The position numbers and the translations under genes were made by a program. A stretch of DNA of 64,000 nucleotides from Blepharisma stoltei ATCC 30299 (lineage: Eukaryota; Protista; Ciliophora), in contig CBFDEM010000027.1 in the NCBI GenBank assembly GCA_965603825.1, positions 62,001-126,000 on the forward strand, written 5' to 3'. Below, piece after piece: positions 25,446 through 37,997 of this stretch; within the stretch, counting starts at the first letter, position 1, and each line of letters starts with the position of its first letter. A model generated the notes under the pieces. It saw nothing but the letters and a program-made list of their open reading frames with translations, was not told the DNA's origin and did not search any database.

Positions 25446-25484
25446 CATAAAATTATATTTTAGTTATTGGATAAAATTACAAAT

Positions 25485-25787
25485 ATGGATCAAGGTCTGA
25501 CGTCAAGAATAAGGAAACAAATTAGTGAGACTCCTGCTATTGTTTATAGCAAAACTTATTGCCCTTATTGCCATAGAGCTAAAGCATTACTAAATGAGCT
25601 CGGGGTAAACTATCAAGTAGTAGAATTAGATGTGATAAGTGAGGGAGGAAATATTCAGAGCAGCCTTTATGAGATTACAAATCAGAGGACTGTGCCAAAT
25701 ATATTTATTAAAGGAGAGCATATAGGGGGATACAGTGATTTAGTGCAAAAAAGAGAGAAAGTAGCCAGACAAACCGCTAAGCTTTAA
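25485..25787 (+). CDS. GRX: Dithiol glutaredoxin (CPYC)
   Basis: YSKTYCPYC, QRTVPNIFIKGEHIGGYSDL. Confidence 0.92.
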   Translation: MDQGLTSRIRKQISETPAIVYSKTYCPYCHRAKALLNELGVNYQVVELDVISEGGNIQSSLYEITNQRTVPNIFIKGEHIGGYSDLVQKREKVARQTAKL

Positions 25788-26063
25788 GATAAGTAAGTCT
25801 TTTCCTTCATAAGAATAGCTTTATTTTCTTAATGTTGATAAAAATAAAGAGAACTTGAGAAAACCTCAAATATTTTTGTAATAGACCATTTCAGAATCAT
25901 TAAATATGAAAACTATATTGCGAATTTCCATAAAATCAAAAGTATTTTTAAACATCAAATTAAGGCAATTATGATAGATTTATGAGATATAAAAATCAAA
26001 ATCCCTTTATTCTCTCAATTCTATTTAGGGTAATTATTAATAAACTTTAAAACTTTACTTAAA

Positions 26064-28115
26064 TTATGATAATTCATATTTTCTTTTAGTTTGTTCTATT
26101 TCTTGTTCAAATCTTTTTATAGTTTCAACTAATGCTTGAGAAGCTTTAGCTCTTTCAACGCCAAATATTTTATCAAGCCTTTTTCTTTCTTTATCATCTG
26201 CTATAGAATCTAGAATCATCCCTCTTTCTTTTTCCTTTTCTTGCTCCATTTCTAGTCTTTGTCTAAGCTCTATATTATGCTTTTTCTTTAAATTTTCAAT
26301 TTCTTGGACTGCAGTTTCTTTTGAATATTTAATTGACCCTTTTCTTTGGCTGCTTGAAAAAGAGTCGTCATTTATTGATGAGGATTGGCCATTTGAGCGG
26401 TCAGAAGTTTTTGCCCTTCTAGAATGCTTTTTTTTGTGTTTTTTAGTCTGTGTTGTAGAAATTCTTGGCGTTAAAGCTTCACTTTGTATATTCCTAGATA
26501 CCGAATTGCTTTGGAAATCTAAATCAGTATTAACAGAAACTCCATGACTTTTAGTTTTCATTGAATTAAAATCTCTCATGAGTTTTTCTTTCTTTTTCTC
26601 CATTTGCCTCCTAATCTCATGCCTTGTTTCTATAAGTTTTTCTTTTTCTTCCAAAACTTTTCTTGTTTTTTCATCATCTTCTTTGATTCTTTGTAAAGTC
26701 ATTTGCCGCTGATATTCTTGGATTCTTTGCTGCCTTTGTACTTCTTCTTCACGGTCTTTTCTTTTTAAATTGGACATTTCTTGTTTTACTCTTAATTCTC
26801 ATGCTTGCCTTTTTTTTACTTCTTCTACCTGTCGGTCTGTCTGCTTTATTCGGGACCATATTTCTTTTTTTCTTTTTTCTTGGATTTGGTCCATCCTTTC
26901 TTTAACTGCGGCTCTTTCTTGGTCCCTTAAGCTTTCTTCTTGAAGCTTGCGGAATCGGTCTTCTTCTGCTAACTTTTCTAGTCACATTTTCCTTTTTTCA
27001 GCTTTTTTCATTGCTTTTAAATATTCGTGCTTTCTTTTTTCTTCAATTTCTTGGGCACTTTTGATGATTTCTGCGATTTTTTTTTCTTTTTCTTTTGCTT
27101 TGAGGACGTTTCTTCTTTTAGCAGATTCTCGTAATTTTTCGAAGGCGTTTCTTCTTTCTTCAGTTTGATGCTGTTTTTGATTGTATTCTTGTTTGCGCCT
27201 ATAGAGTAATTTTTCGAGATTTTCTCTGGCTGCTGCAAGTTTTTCTTCTTTTGCTTTTCGAACTGCTTCGCTTTCTGCTTGAAGTTGGGCTTGCTTTTCT
27301 GCTAAAGCTCTCAATCGCTCTCTGTCTCTCTCTTCCATTTCAATTCTTTTCCTTTCCACTTCTTCTCTTTGTTGACTCATTATTTGTTCAGTTTTTTCTC
27401 TAAGCATTTCCTGTTTTTTTCTCATTTCGATTTCTCTCATCTTTGCTTCTTTTTTCCTAATTTTTTCTTTCCTCCTATCTTCTTTCAATTTTTTTTGTTC
27501 CCATCTATAATGCTCCTCCTGAATCCTCCTTGCTTCCCTTTCTAACTCTTCCTCTTTTGCTTTTCTCATTTCATCATCTCTTTTTTTCTTTTCTTCTTTT
27601 TCTTTATTTTCCAATGCAATTTGTCTTAGTCTAAACGATTCTCTTTCCCTTGCAATTCTTTCTTTTTCTTCATTCCTCTGCCTAATTTTTTCTAGCTGAT
27701 TTTCATGGTCAATCATCTGTTGGATTTCTTGCTGCTGGCGTTTTTCCATCATAGCCATCTTCTTCTTTTCATGCTCAATTATAAAATTATTTTTATTAGA
27801 TGCTTGGTATTCAGATCCTTCTGTATATGATGGCCTTGAATGGCTTTCTTCATGGATTATTTTTTCTCTTTCATCAATTAGTAGGTCGAGCTTTTGTTTT
27901 CTTTTCTCTTCATAGTGTTCATAATGTAACTGAATGATTTGTTTAGGAATGTGCTCACCTAATTCGTATTTAAACATTTTTTTGGGTTTATATAGGAGCT
28001 CTTCAGGAGTGATTCCTTGCCTTGCACATGCTTTGAGAGATCTTGGACTATCAAGATAAGGCGGATACTTTTTCTTGGGGTTAAAATTTTCCAAACTAAT
28101 GTATTTGTCATCCAT
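26064..28115 (-). CDS. Charged coiled-coil protein, CCDC177/DUF4659-like
   Basis: N-terminal YLDSPRSLKACARQGITPEELL. ORFs joined by two TGA=Trp. Confidence 0.75.
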
Positions 28116-28207
28116 TTTATAAATCTATACAGTTTTGTGGGTCTAGATAATAAATAGCAAAAACAGTTAGAGTTTTAATGACGATGATTATTATTTATTT
28201 AATTATC

Positions 28208-29323
28208 CTAGTGAATAAGCCTAATAACACATTTGTGAACTTTCACAAAGAACCCAATCCATCTCAAAAATACCGCAAAAGTGATTTTAGTTGACCTAAT
28301 TTTATGTATAAGCTGTATGTCAGAGCAGAATATTTTAAGTGATAAAAACAAATTTAAAATCGCATTAGAAGGAATTGCATCTTTATCAGTATACGCCCTA
28401 AACAATTTTTTTAATTCCTGCAATTTCACTTGAATTTCATTTAAAAGTGCTTCATCTCTTAAATTAAAAGGTTTATTCGACATATAAAAATCATAAACGC
28501 TGCAAACACCTAAAAATTCGTTTTTATCAATTTTTCCGTCTGAATTTAGATCAAAAGTTTTCAGTATTTTTTGGGCAAGCTGGAGAATTTCTTCTATATC
28601 GGTGATAGAGCTTTCATTTTCATAGTCTCAGTATTCTCTATTAGGAATTGTATATCTTAGGTAGTCAACTATATCTTGTGGAGAAGCTTCATTTATGATG
28701 TTTTCGTTCTGCTGAGACGAGCTTAAATCTTCAAAATATTTGGTATAATTAATATCAATATTTTTTACGAAGCTCACAATATCGTTATAACTGAACTTAT
28801 TGCTAGTGTCGCAGTTTAGGTTTTGGCCTAAAATTTTGAAGCTTGTAATCGGCTTGTTGATTGGGTCTTGAAGGAAACGCATTTTTTTTACTTTTTGAGG
28901 GATTTCGTGCAAAATAAAAGAATTTGAGCAGGTAAGCGGCTTGTCAAGCTGAGAATTAAGGCTTTTGTTGTGCCGTAGACTTTTAGTGCTTCTTGATCTC
29001 ATTTGTGAGAGAGGGCGCATTTGATTATGAAATTCTTTTAATTCTATTGAAATATTGTTCGGGTTTTTAGGCGAGTTGCTGATTATTAATCTTTTATGAT
29101 GATTTGCGGTACTTAGAGTAGGCTTGTGCATGACATTTTTGAAAGGGATTTTATTTACTTTAGTAAGTGCTGAGATTCTCATAGGAGTTTTCTGTCAGAA
29201 TTCACTTGAGAGCTCAGGCTCTGGGAATGGAGATGCTCCAATTTTTTTGACTCTTCGTAAGCTCTTATTGGAAAGAGCTTGTAACAGATTTTTACTATCA
29301 CTGTAATCTATATATACAGACAT
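28208..29323 (-). CDS. EF-hand-containing protein
   Basis: ATG 29323, one frame through two TGA. EF loop FDLNSDGKIDKNEF lies between the annotated ORFs. Confidence 0.78.
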
Positions 29324-29744
29324 GGTTTATTATGAATAAATTAATTAATCCTAGCCAATACCGAATTTTATGAACCATTTCATCCCTAATTTTTATTAAT
29401 TGATAATTGATATCTAAAACTTCAGTTTTAAGAAAATAAAAGAATACGATTTTGTTTAAAATTTCTATTGTATTTGCATTTTTAAGGAAAATCTGCAATA
29501 ATTATTAATACTTTCTGTCTAAATATTCCTTATCTTCCAATTGAGGATTATTAATTTCTTAATGAAAATGATTTTATTTAACTAGCGAAATTGGCCTAAT
29601 TTTATAAATAATAAGTCAAGTTTTTAGGACTAGACATCCTATACACACTATCCAATACTTTAAAAAGCATTCTCAATAATTCCTAATAAAATCTTTTCAA
29701 AGCACCAATGCTTCCATTTTCCGAACTGCCCAGGCCTTATATAA

Positions 29745-32700
29745 ATGGACTTCGGTGGTTTAAAAGACTTTAAGATTCCTCTTCTAAATCAATTCAGTGA
29801 AGTTATTGACTTTTCCAAAAAAGAGCCAGTTGAGCAAAAAATTATTACTTTTGACGAGGCCTTAGAGAAGGTCTATGATATGGTTTCTTCCAGACTCTCA
29901 ACTTCAATGAAAATAATTGAAGAGATAATCATACTTAAGGTTACCAAAGACAGTAAATACCTTGTGATGGCAACTGAGAAAACTTTAACCATCATAAATA
30001 CTGACGATAAATCCAAACAGTCGGTTGAGCCAGAAATGGTGCCACGATTCCTTGAATTAATTCTTGATGATAAGTATGCCATAATCGGCAATAACAAAGG
30101 AAGCGAACTTTTGGTCTATAGCATCCCAGAGCTGGAGCTTACAAAAAGAATAAAGCGTGAGGACAAAAGCATATTTACCAACATCATAGTAAGTTATGAT
30201 GGATCTACTATGATTTCTCTCATGAAAAACAGTAAAATTTTACTTTGGGATTTAGAGGACCCTAATAATTGCAATGAAATTGCGACGGAAAAGTACACGA
30301 AGGTAGCAATTTCTTATGATAGTAAGCAAGCTATGTTCGTCCAAAGATCCAAAACAATTGTGCTTTATCAAATCGGCAGGGTCAGCAAGATTTTGTGTGA
30401 AAGTGATTTAGGGTCACTTATAGGGCATCTTCAGTTTGCGCCTTCAGGAGAGTTTGTGGCAGTTTCTTTAAATCATGCAGTAAGGATAAAGTCTTCAAAG
30501 GATTTATTAGATTTATTTATAATTCCTCTCGATGAGCCTATAACTTCTATGACCATTTGTGAAAGAGACGATATAATTGTACTTGGAGGAAGAAGAGACC
30601 TTACTTTGCATGACCATAAAAACGACCGTGAGCCAGTTCATATGAAACTTCATAACTCAGCGATTAAGTGTATTGCTATTGATAAACACCTTAAAAATAT
30701 ACATACGATTGAAGTTGATAATACAAGAACTATCAGCACTGTGCCTTTTCCTCAGCTGAATGTCTATAGAAAGCTGAAATGTTTGCAGATTCTTGGCTTT
30801 TCTCCACAGGGGAAGCTGTTTCTTAAGTATAGAAATGGCGTCAAATTGCTAAATCTTAAGAACAACCAAGAAGACCATATCAGCACAGCTGAAGGTATTA
30901 ACAACGTTCTTTTCGCAGGTCCCAACAAAGTCATAGTATGCCACCTCGCAAATATCATGGTGATAAACATGCTTAACCAGTCCAACAATACAATTGTAGA
31001 CACCGACATGGAGGCGCCTACCAGTTTAACTGCAAATGCTAGCGGAACTTTACTGTTTTCCGGCTACAAAAAGAAAATTAAGGTGTGGGATCTAGAAGCA
31101 ATTGGCTTAAAAACTGAGTGAATAGGCCATGATGATGTAGTGACAAGCTTAATCCTGCTTAAAGATGATACCATTTTAGCGTCAGCAAGCTATGATAACT
31201 CAATTAAGCTTTGGGACCATCTCAATGGAACTCTTATTAAAACATTAAAAGGCCATACAAGCCAGGTCCATTCTCTTCAAGCTGCAAAAGATGCTAACTT
31301 GTTAATATCATCAAGTAGTGATAAAACAATAAAAATCTGGAACTGGGACCTCGCGATCTTGATAGGAACACTAAATGACAGTTCAGATATCACAGGAATT
31401 CACCTTACCCAAGACGGAAAATACTTAATTTCAGCCAGTTCGAGCGGAAATATCACTTATTGGAGCATGAAAACTTTTTCAAGAATATTTTACAATAAAG
31501 CTCCAGGCAAAATCGTAAAATTATACGTCTCACCTGACGATTCTTATATAGGCTACAACCTTGCTAATGGGTTTTGCTATGCAGGTGACAACCCTCTAGT
31601 TTCAAAAGATATCATAGTCTCAGGGCCTTCAGAAAGTTCTTATAGGTATCTGCACTATCTAAAATGCTTAATCACCTATACAAATATCCCTGAATACGAC
31701 TTAGAATTTGACGATTGGGTCATTTTGCCTTACTTTTTGACTGTCCCTCATTTCTACGCAATGCAAGACTTAAGAAAACATTTGAAAAGGTCTTTGGCAT
31801 TTGAGTTCAGAATAACCGAAACAAGCTTTGGCGCTAATATTTTATCAATAGCTACTGAAAAAGAATACAGAGAATGCAGAAATGTCATCATTAAGTCAGT
31901 GGTTAGGAACTATAAAGGCAACCCATTTGCGTTAGCAAGCATTAATAAAGAGGTTTTGGTCGACATGAATAATGAAGGCTTTAGGTTTTTAGTAAAACTT
32001 TATGACCTGATATTCCAAAGATGCCAAGGATATGGACTGCCGAGCACTTGTTCAGATACAGTACAGACACCATTGATTTATCATAGTAATGAGATCATTC
32101 CATATGCTAGCAATTTCTTCCCTCCTGCTGTAGAAGGAGGAGTCACTCTTGGTGCGGCTGACCAAGAAAAAAATATTTATTTTATGCATTCTCTTATACC
32201 TTTTAACTTTACCCCTGGCAGCCAAGAAAGCTTAGATTTTATTAACAGCACCCTAAACTCTCCGAATCAAGACATTTTTAGGACAAAATTCATTCAGAGC
32301 ATTTTTAAAGACAAATGGAATGTTATCAAGTGGTACATGTACATGCAAGGGATTTTATTCATTATTTATATGATTTCGCTCAGCTTATATGTCGTATTTT
32401 GGCAGGATTCTACCATAGTCTTGCTTGTGCCATTTACTCTTAGTGGGGTTTTGACAACTTATGAAATTTACCAAGCAATTTCGGCGCCAGGGTACTATTT
32501 TGAAGATCCTTGGAACTATTTAGATTTAATGAGAGCGACTTCTGTAATTGTGTATGGGATCTTATTTTGGACTGAAGCAGGAGATCAAACTATAGCGACT
32601 TCTCTTATGATTGTGCAGCTACTGTCTTGGATGAGAGGAATAACTTATTTCCGTCTCTACCCTCCTACCCGCTATATGATTAACCTTCTCATTGAAGTTG

Positions 32701-33332
32701 TCCATGACATGATTTCCTTCTTAATCCTGCTGTTTTACTCCACTTTTTCATTTGCTTTTATCCAGCTGCTCCTAGATCCTCCAGATTCAAGGGCTTCTTT
32801 AGTCAACTACTTTGCTGGGTCCTATTTGTTGAACTTAGGAGAATTCGACACAGAAGGGCTTAGTGTCTTAAAATCAGTTATGTTTTTCATAGTCAGCTTG
32901 ATCAATATTATCGTCATGATGAACTTATTAGTCTCAATCCTTGGTGACACCTTTGACAGAGTCGAAGAAAACCTAGAAATCACTGATTATAAAGAACTCG
33001 CCGAAATGATTTTGGAAATAGAAACCCTGATGGTCTGGAACAGAAATGTAAAGCAAAACCAGTATTTCCAAATTTGCTTTGAAGAAACGGTAGGAGGAGA
33101 AGAAAACTGGACTGGCTCTGTAAGAGAGCTGAAAGTGCTGATTAGGAATATTAAAGATGCCCAGTTGAAATCAGTCGCAAGCAATGTTGAAGAGAACAGA
33201 AATTTAAAAGAGCATGTAGGCAGAGCGAAAAAGATTTTTATTGATGAAGCTAAGGCAATGAAAGATATGCTGGACGAGATGAAAAAAGAACAAATTGAGG
33301 TCGCTAAATCGATTGGGTTAGAACTAAATTAA
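29745..33332 (+). CDS. WD40-repeat plus TRP-like 6-TM cation channel (~1195 aa)
   Basis: WD40: LASASYDNSIKLWD, LKGHTSQV. Channel: YFEDPWNYLDL, WMRGITYFR, YLLNLGEFD, IVMMNLLVSILGDTFDRV. Joined by TGA 31119 ((W)IGHDDVVTSL). Confidence 0.88.
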
Positions 33333-33538
33333 TTTATCTCTTAAAAGGGCTATATAGGTAAAAATGATTTAAAATCAATACTAAACCCTTAAATCCTGGG
33401 AATTACTTATATTTTCATTAAAATTAAAAATAAAATTCAAATTTCCTTCATAGCCATTTTTGCCTACTTTATGGATCCGTATCCTAAAAGTATCTTCATA
33501 TATTCAATTTAAATTTTCAGTTAATATTTTAAATTCAA

Positions 33539-35863
33539 ATGTATTCTGGAGCTATAAACCAAATCATCTCACAAGGTGGACGTCGTATCCCAGTAATTAC
33601 TAACTTTTTCCAGCTAAATGAATCCCCAGCTGACCATGTAGGACTTTATTTTATAGAATTTATTCCTGTGGTAGACCCAAGCAATAGAGGCTTAAGAGAT
33701 ATTTTAATAGAAAACGCTGGAGGTAGAATATCAACAGTTATAGGGAAATTTACTAAGGCAGGGATGAACCTTACAGCAAAAATTATAAGGGAAGAGCCTT
33801 TTGCAGTTACAGCCCAAGGCTACAATCCAGGTGAATCTTATATACTAAATATCAGGCTTGTCGGTACTATAGGAAGCAGTAATATAGAGACCTATCGTAT
33901 GTACTCAAATTCTATGCTGAAAAAAATGCTCCAAAAAATAGGCTTAATCCAGCTGACTAAACTTCCTAAATATTATGATAAGCGGCAAACTGTACAAGTA
34001 ACTCAGCATAACCTAGAAATATGGCGAGGATATACAGCTTCTTTTAGCCACCATCTGACCGAAATGCTGCTAAATGTCGATTTTTCAAGTAAAATTATCA
34101 GACATGTATCTGTTTTACAATATATGACTGAAATTCGGGCAAATACCAAGCCAGACAGGCTTAGACAAGCCTTAGAGTCTGAATTAATAGGAAAAACAGT
34201 TATGGCGAAATACGGGAACTATAAATGCCACAGAATTGACGGTCTTGCCCTAAATGAGTCTCCTTTAAATACTTTTGACGGCCCTACAGGTCTGACTACA
34301 TATAGAGATTACTATATAACCCAATATAACATAGAAATCCAAGACTTCAGGCAGCCATTATTGATTTCTACCACAGAAAGAGGGGCAAAGGTAATCAGAC
34401 TTATCCCTGAACTATGTGACCTCACAGGGATTTCTGAAGACATGAGAAAGGACTATAGAGCCATGAACGATATTGCAGTACATACAAGGCTGCAGCCTCA
34501 GGACAGGCTTGAAGTAGGGATTACTCTGGCCCATAGGCTAGCAAGGGAAGCTGAAGATATAAGTGAACAGTACAGTATGTCTATTAACCCTGAGCCAGTT
34601 GTCCTTGACGCCATAAGGTTTCCTCCAGAAATAATCAAGCTTGGAGAGACTGAAAGAGAAGATGTAGAAATTGATGACAGGGCAGGCTTTAATATAAAAA
34701 ATTCTATATATAAGCCGAAAGAAATAGCGTATTGGGCAATTTTGTCGACGAATAAAGATCTAGAAGAAAGGGATAAGCTGGTTAGAGCAATCACAGCAAA
34801 AGCTCAGCAAATAGGAGTCATAATGGGGTCGCCTTATCAGCTTGAATACACTCCACAGAATTTGCAAAATATTATAAGTGTCCTTAATAACCCTCCTGGA
34901 GGCAGACCAGCCCCTGTAATTGCAGTAATTTTGGTCCCAGCTCCTTTAAAAGATATTTATCACAATATAAAAGAATCAGCTGCCTTGTCCTCAGCAGTCC
35001 CTACACAGGTGATTTTATCAAGTAGCTTTAAAAATCCTAAACGAGTAGACTCCATTATATCAAAACTAGTCGTCCAAATAGCCGCAAAAACAGGCTCAGA
35101 ACTCTGAGCGCTATGTCCATGCTCAGGAATTCCTATAAAAACAATGGTTATTGGCATAGACATTTTTCATGATACTGTAAGTAAAGCCAAAAGTGTCATG
35201 GGATTTGTGTCGTCTATAAACCCGACCTTTACCAAGTATTATAATACAGCAAAAGTACAGGAAAGAGTCGGGCAAGAAATCGTGGGGTCAGTTTCTATAT
35301 GTTTAAAAGAAGCATTAGGAGCATTTTATGAGGCCACCAAAAAGCGGTTTTTGCCTGATTTAATTGTGGTGTTTAGAGATGGCGTTGCGGATTCACAGAT
35401 AAAGGCGGTTAAAGAGTTTGAAGTGGATGGGATGAAAAGCGTGATTAAGTCTTTTGAAGGGTATAGGCCAGGATTTGTATATATTGTTATGAACAAAAAA
35501 ACCAATGCAAAATTTTTTGTAAATTCGCCGAGAGGGATAATAAATCCTCTTCATGGGACTGTCATTACAGATGTGGTCGTACCGGATGTAGATAGCTTTT
35601 ATTTGGTTTCCCATGGAGTTACCCAAGGTATGGCATCTCCAACTCTGTATAGGATCATTGAAAAAATATTGCCTGATGAAGATATAGATACTATTGTATT
35701 CGCAAGATTAGCATATAAGTTATGCTATATGTATTATAACTGGACTGGAGGGATTAAAATCCCTGCACCCACTATGATGGCCCACAAGCTTGCATATATG
35801 GTTGGACAAAGCATTCATGATGATTATCTACAAGATCTAAAAGTTCTTCCTTGGTTTCTTTAA
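33539..35863 (+). CDS. PIWI: Piwi/Argonaute protein (N, PAZ, MID, PIWI; ~774 aa)
   Basis: LEIWRGY, PAZ LIPELCDLTG, KTGSEL(W=TGA), MVIGID, VFRDGV, YYNWTGGIKIPAP...AHKLA, LPWFL end. Confidence 0.95.
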
Positions 35864-36060
35864 ATTTTATTTATATTTAAAATTTCATTTTTTTAAATTT
35901 ACTTATAATTTATATTGATTCTCCAGCTTTATTGTTTTGTTTTCTATCAAAATTCTTATTAAAAAATCCCAAAATCTTCGCTTTTATTATAAAATACACA
36001 AAATTCTTTGCAATATTTGAATAATTCATTGGATCACAATTCAGTTGTATTTAACTTAAA

Positions 36061-36867
36061 ATGGGAGACGCAGTCATGAATTCAGTCCTTCGACTTTCTC
36101 GACAAATGTCGCCAGTCAGAGAAACATATCCACCTTCAGAAAAACCATGAAGTAATGGTCTGCGTTTTAAAGCCCCAGAGCCTAAATATTCAGATTACTA
36201 CATTCTAAACTCTCCTCAACGAAAATCTCTTGAACTTCGAGTAGAGGCTTCAAATCGGTTAAAATTTAATTCAGCAGACCGAAAGTCCACTACAGACATC
36301 GCCAAAGAAGTCCTAAAAACCTTAGAAACTTCTGAATCAGTCTGCAGCGCTAAAAAGTCTCCTTTTAAAGAGGCGAAATCTCCATTTTGTTCCAGCCCAT
36401 CTCAATTTTCCCGATATTCCGGCCGAGATATGACAGTCAGCACAGCCGCTTCTAAAAAAGTTTCCCAAGACAGCATGCAACAAGTCCACATGAGTTTTGA
36501 CGATGATTATTCGCCGCTTGATGACAAATTGTGTGCGTTAAAAGAAAAAAGCTTAAAATCTGAAGCAGAATACAATGCAAGGGTCAGAATCATTCAAGAA
36601 AATATAGAGAAATACGAAAAATTGATACAAGAAGAAGCGAAAAAACAGGCAGAAGAAAAGGTAAAAAATATATAGAAAATTTGGGAAAAAGAAAATAAAA
36701 AATCCAGCTATGAAGAGCTTGTAGGAGAAGTGGGGTTGTTAAAAGAAGAAAATAATAAATTGAGAAAAGTGATAGAAATGTATAAAAAAAATGAGGATGA
36801 AACTATGAAGGGGATAAAGGAAAAAATCAGTGAGCTAAATAGAAGACTTAGTGCTTCGATTTCTTAA
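36061..36867 (+). CDS. Uncharacterised Ser-rich/coiled-coil protein, 1 intron
   Basis: ATG 36061, one TGA=Trp, intron 36661-36675, TAA 36865-36867. Confidence 0.75.
36661..36675 (+). other. 15-nt spliceosomal intron
   Basis: GTAAAAAATATATAG; carries an in-frame TAG, and the coiled coil continues after it. Confidence 0.85.
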
Positions 36868-36966
36868 TATTTTTCATATAATTTTTAATAATTTGGCAAA
36901 TATTAACATTGATTACATAAATTTTAGATGATTTTACGATAAAAATAATAATTAAATACTGAAAGA

Positions 36967-37962
36967 ATGAGTCTGAAGGACAGGCAGACAGATGATCTGA
37001 GAAATATTTTAAGGGCAGAAACCATCAATCGCAACCGCTTGGTGCAAAAACTAACAGATATCTCTAGGACTGGCTGGATAGTTAATATTAAAACGTTTAT
37101 TAAGGATCGACAACGAATTTGTGACGGCAATTGTAGAAATGTCTTTTTAGAATCTCAACTATTCAAGGCACCTCCCTGTGATATTCACGCATTCTGTACA
37201 AATTGCTTATTCTACCACATTGAATCCAAGTTAATTGCAGACCCCTTCCATCTTGAGCACCTCTACTGCTCTAAATGTGAACTAGAAGGAAATCTTGTCC
37301 AAATAAGCCCAGAAATAATTCAAGGAAATTTTAACATTCAGTATTATCAAGATATTTATAGACAAAAGCAACAAGAATACATGAACTCTGAGATGCCAAG
37401 ACGAGACCCTATACCATTTGCGGCGACACCAATCATCGGGCTCCAAACTATACAAAACGATATAATGATAGGAGAGCCAGCTGTGAATTCGCAGCTGAGT
37501 GATCAAAGTAGCGGTGCAACAGCATTTAGGAGATGCTTTGAAACATTAAATACAATAAAAAATAATGTCAGGATTAGAATAGAATCTACTGAGGAAATTA
37601 TAAACCCAAAAGCGAAGCATGAATTTCTCGAATTAAAAATATTGGCTCAACGGACCTCCTATAGAGCAATTTCTGAATTTATGGACCATAATAGTGCTCT
37701 TACAATTGCTTATTCGAATTTTAACCCAGATGGTGAAACTGGATTTTATAAATTTTTAAAAAAAATCAGCCAGCCTCCATCCAAAGACAAAAGCTATTTT
37801 ATAGAGTGTGAATTATTAACTGAAGGCGATATTATTACAGGAAAGCCTAAAAAGGGGGACGCAGGCAAGACAGAACACCCAAAAATATATTCAGATGATG
37901 ATTTTTATTATATTTCCAAGCACGAAGCCATTTTAAGTCTTTGTATTGCCCACACTGAATAA
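36967..37962 (+). CDS. RING-type zinc-finger protein with a putative degenerate PARP-like C-terminal domain
   Basis: CDGNC...PCDIHAFCTNC...CSKC. C-terminal pattern IESTEEIINPK...YFIECELL...YYISKHEAILSL. Confidence 0.65.
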   Translation: MSLKDRQTDDLRNILRAETINRNRLVQKLTDISRTGWIVNIKTFIKDRQRICDGNCRNVFLESQLFKAPPCDIHAFCTNCLFYHIESKLIADPFHLEHLYCSKCELEGNLVQISPEIIQGNFNIQYYQDIYRQKQQEYMNSEMPRRDPIPFAATPIIGLQTIQNDIMIGEPAVNSQLSDQSSGATAFRRCFETLNTIKNNVRIRIESTEEIINPKAKHEFLELKILAQRTSYRAISEFMDHNSALTIAYSNFNPDGETGFYKFLKKISQPPSKDKSYFIECELLTEGDIITGKPKKGDAGKTEHPKIYSDDDFYYISKHEAILSLCIAHTE

Positions 37963-37997
37963 TTTTATTAGATAAATTATCATTAATAAGCTATTCA

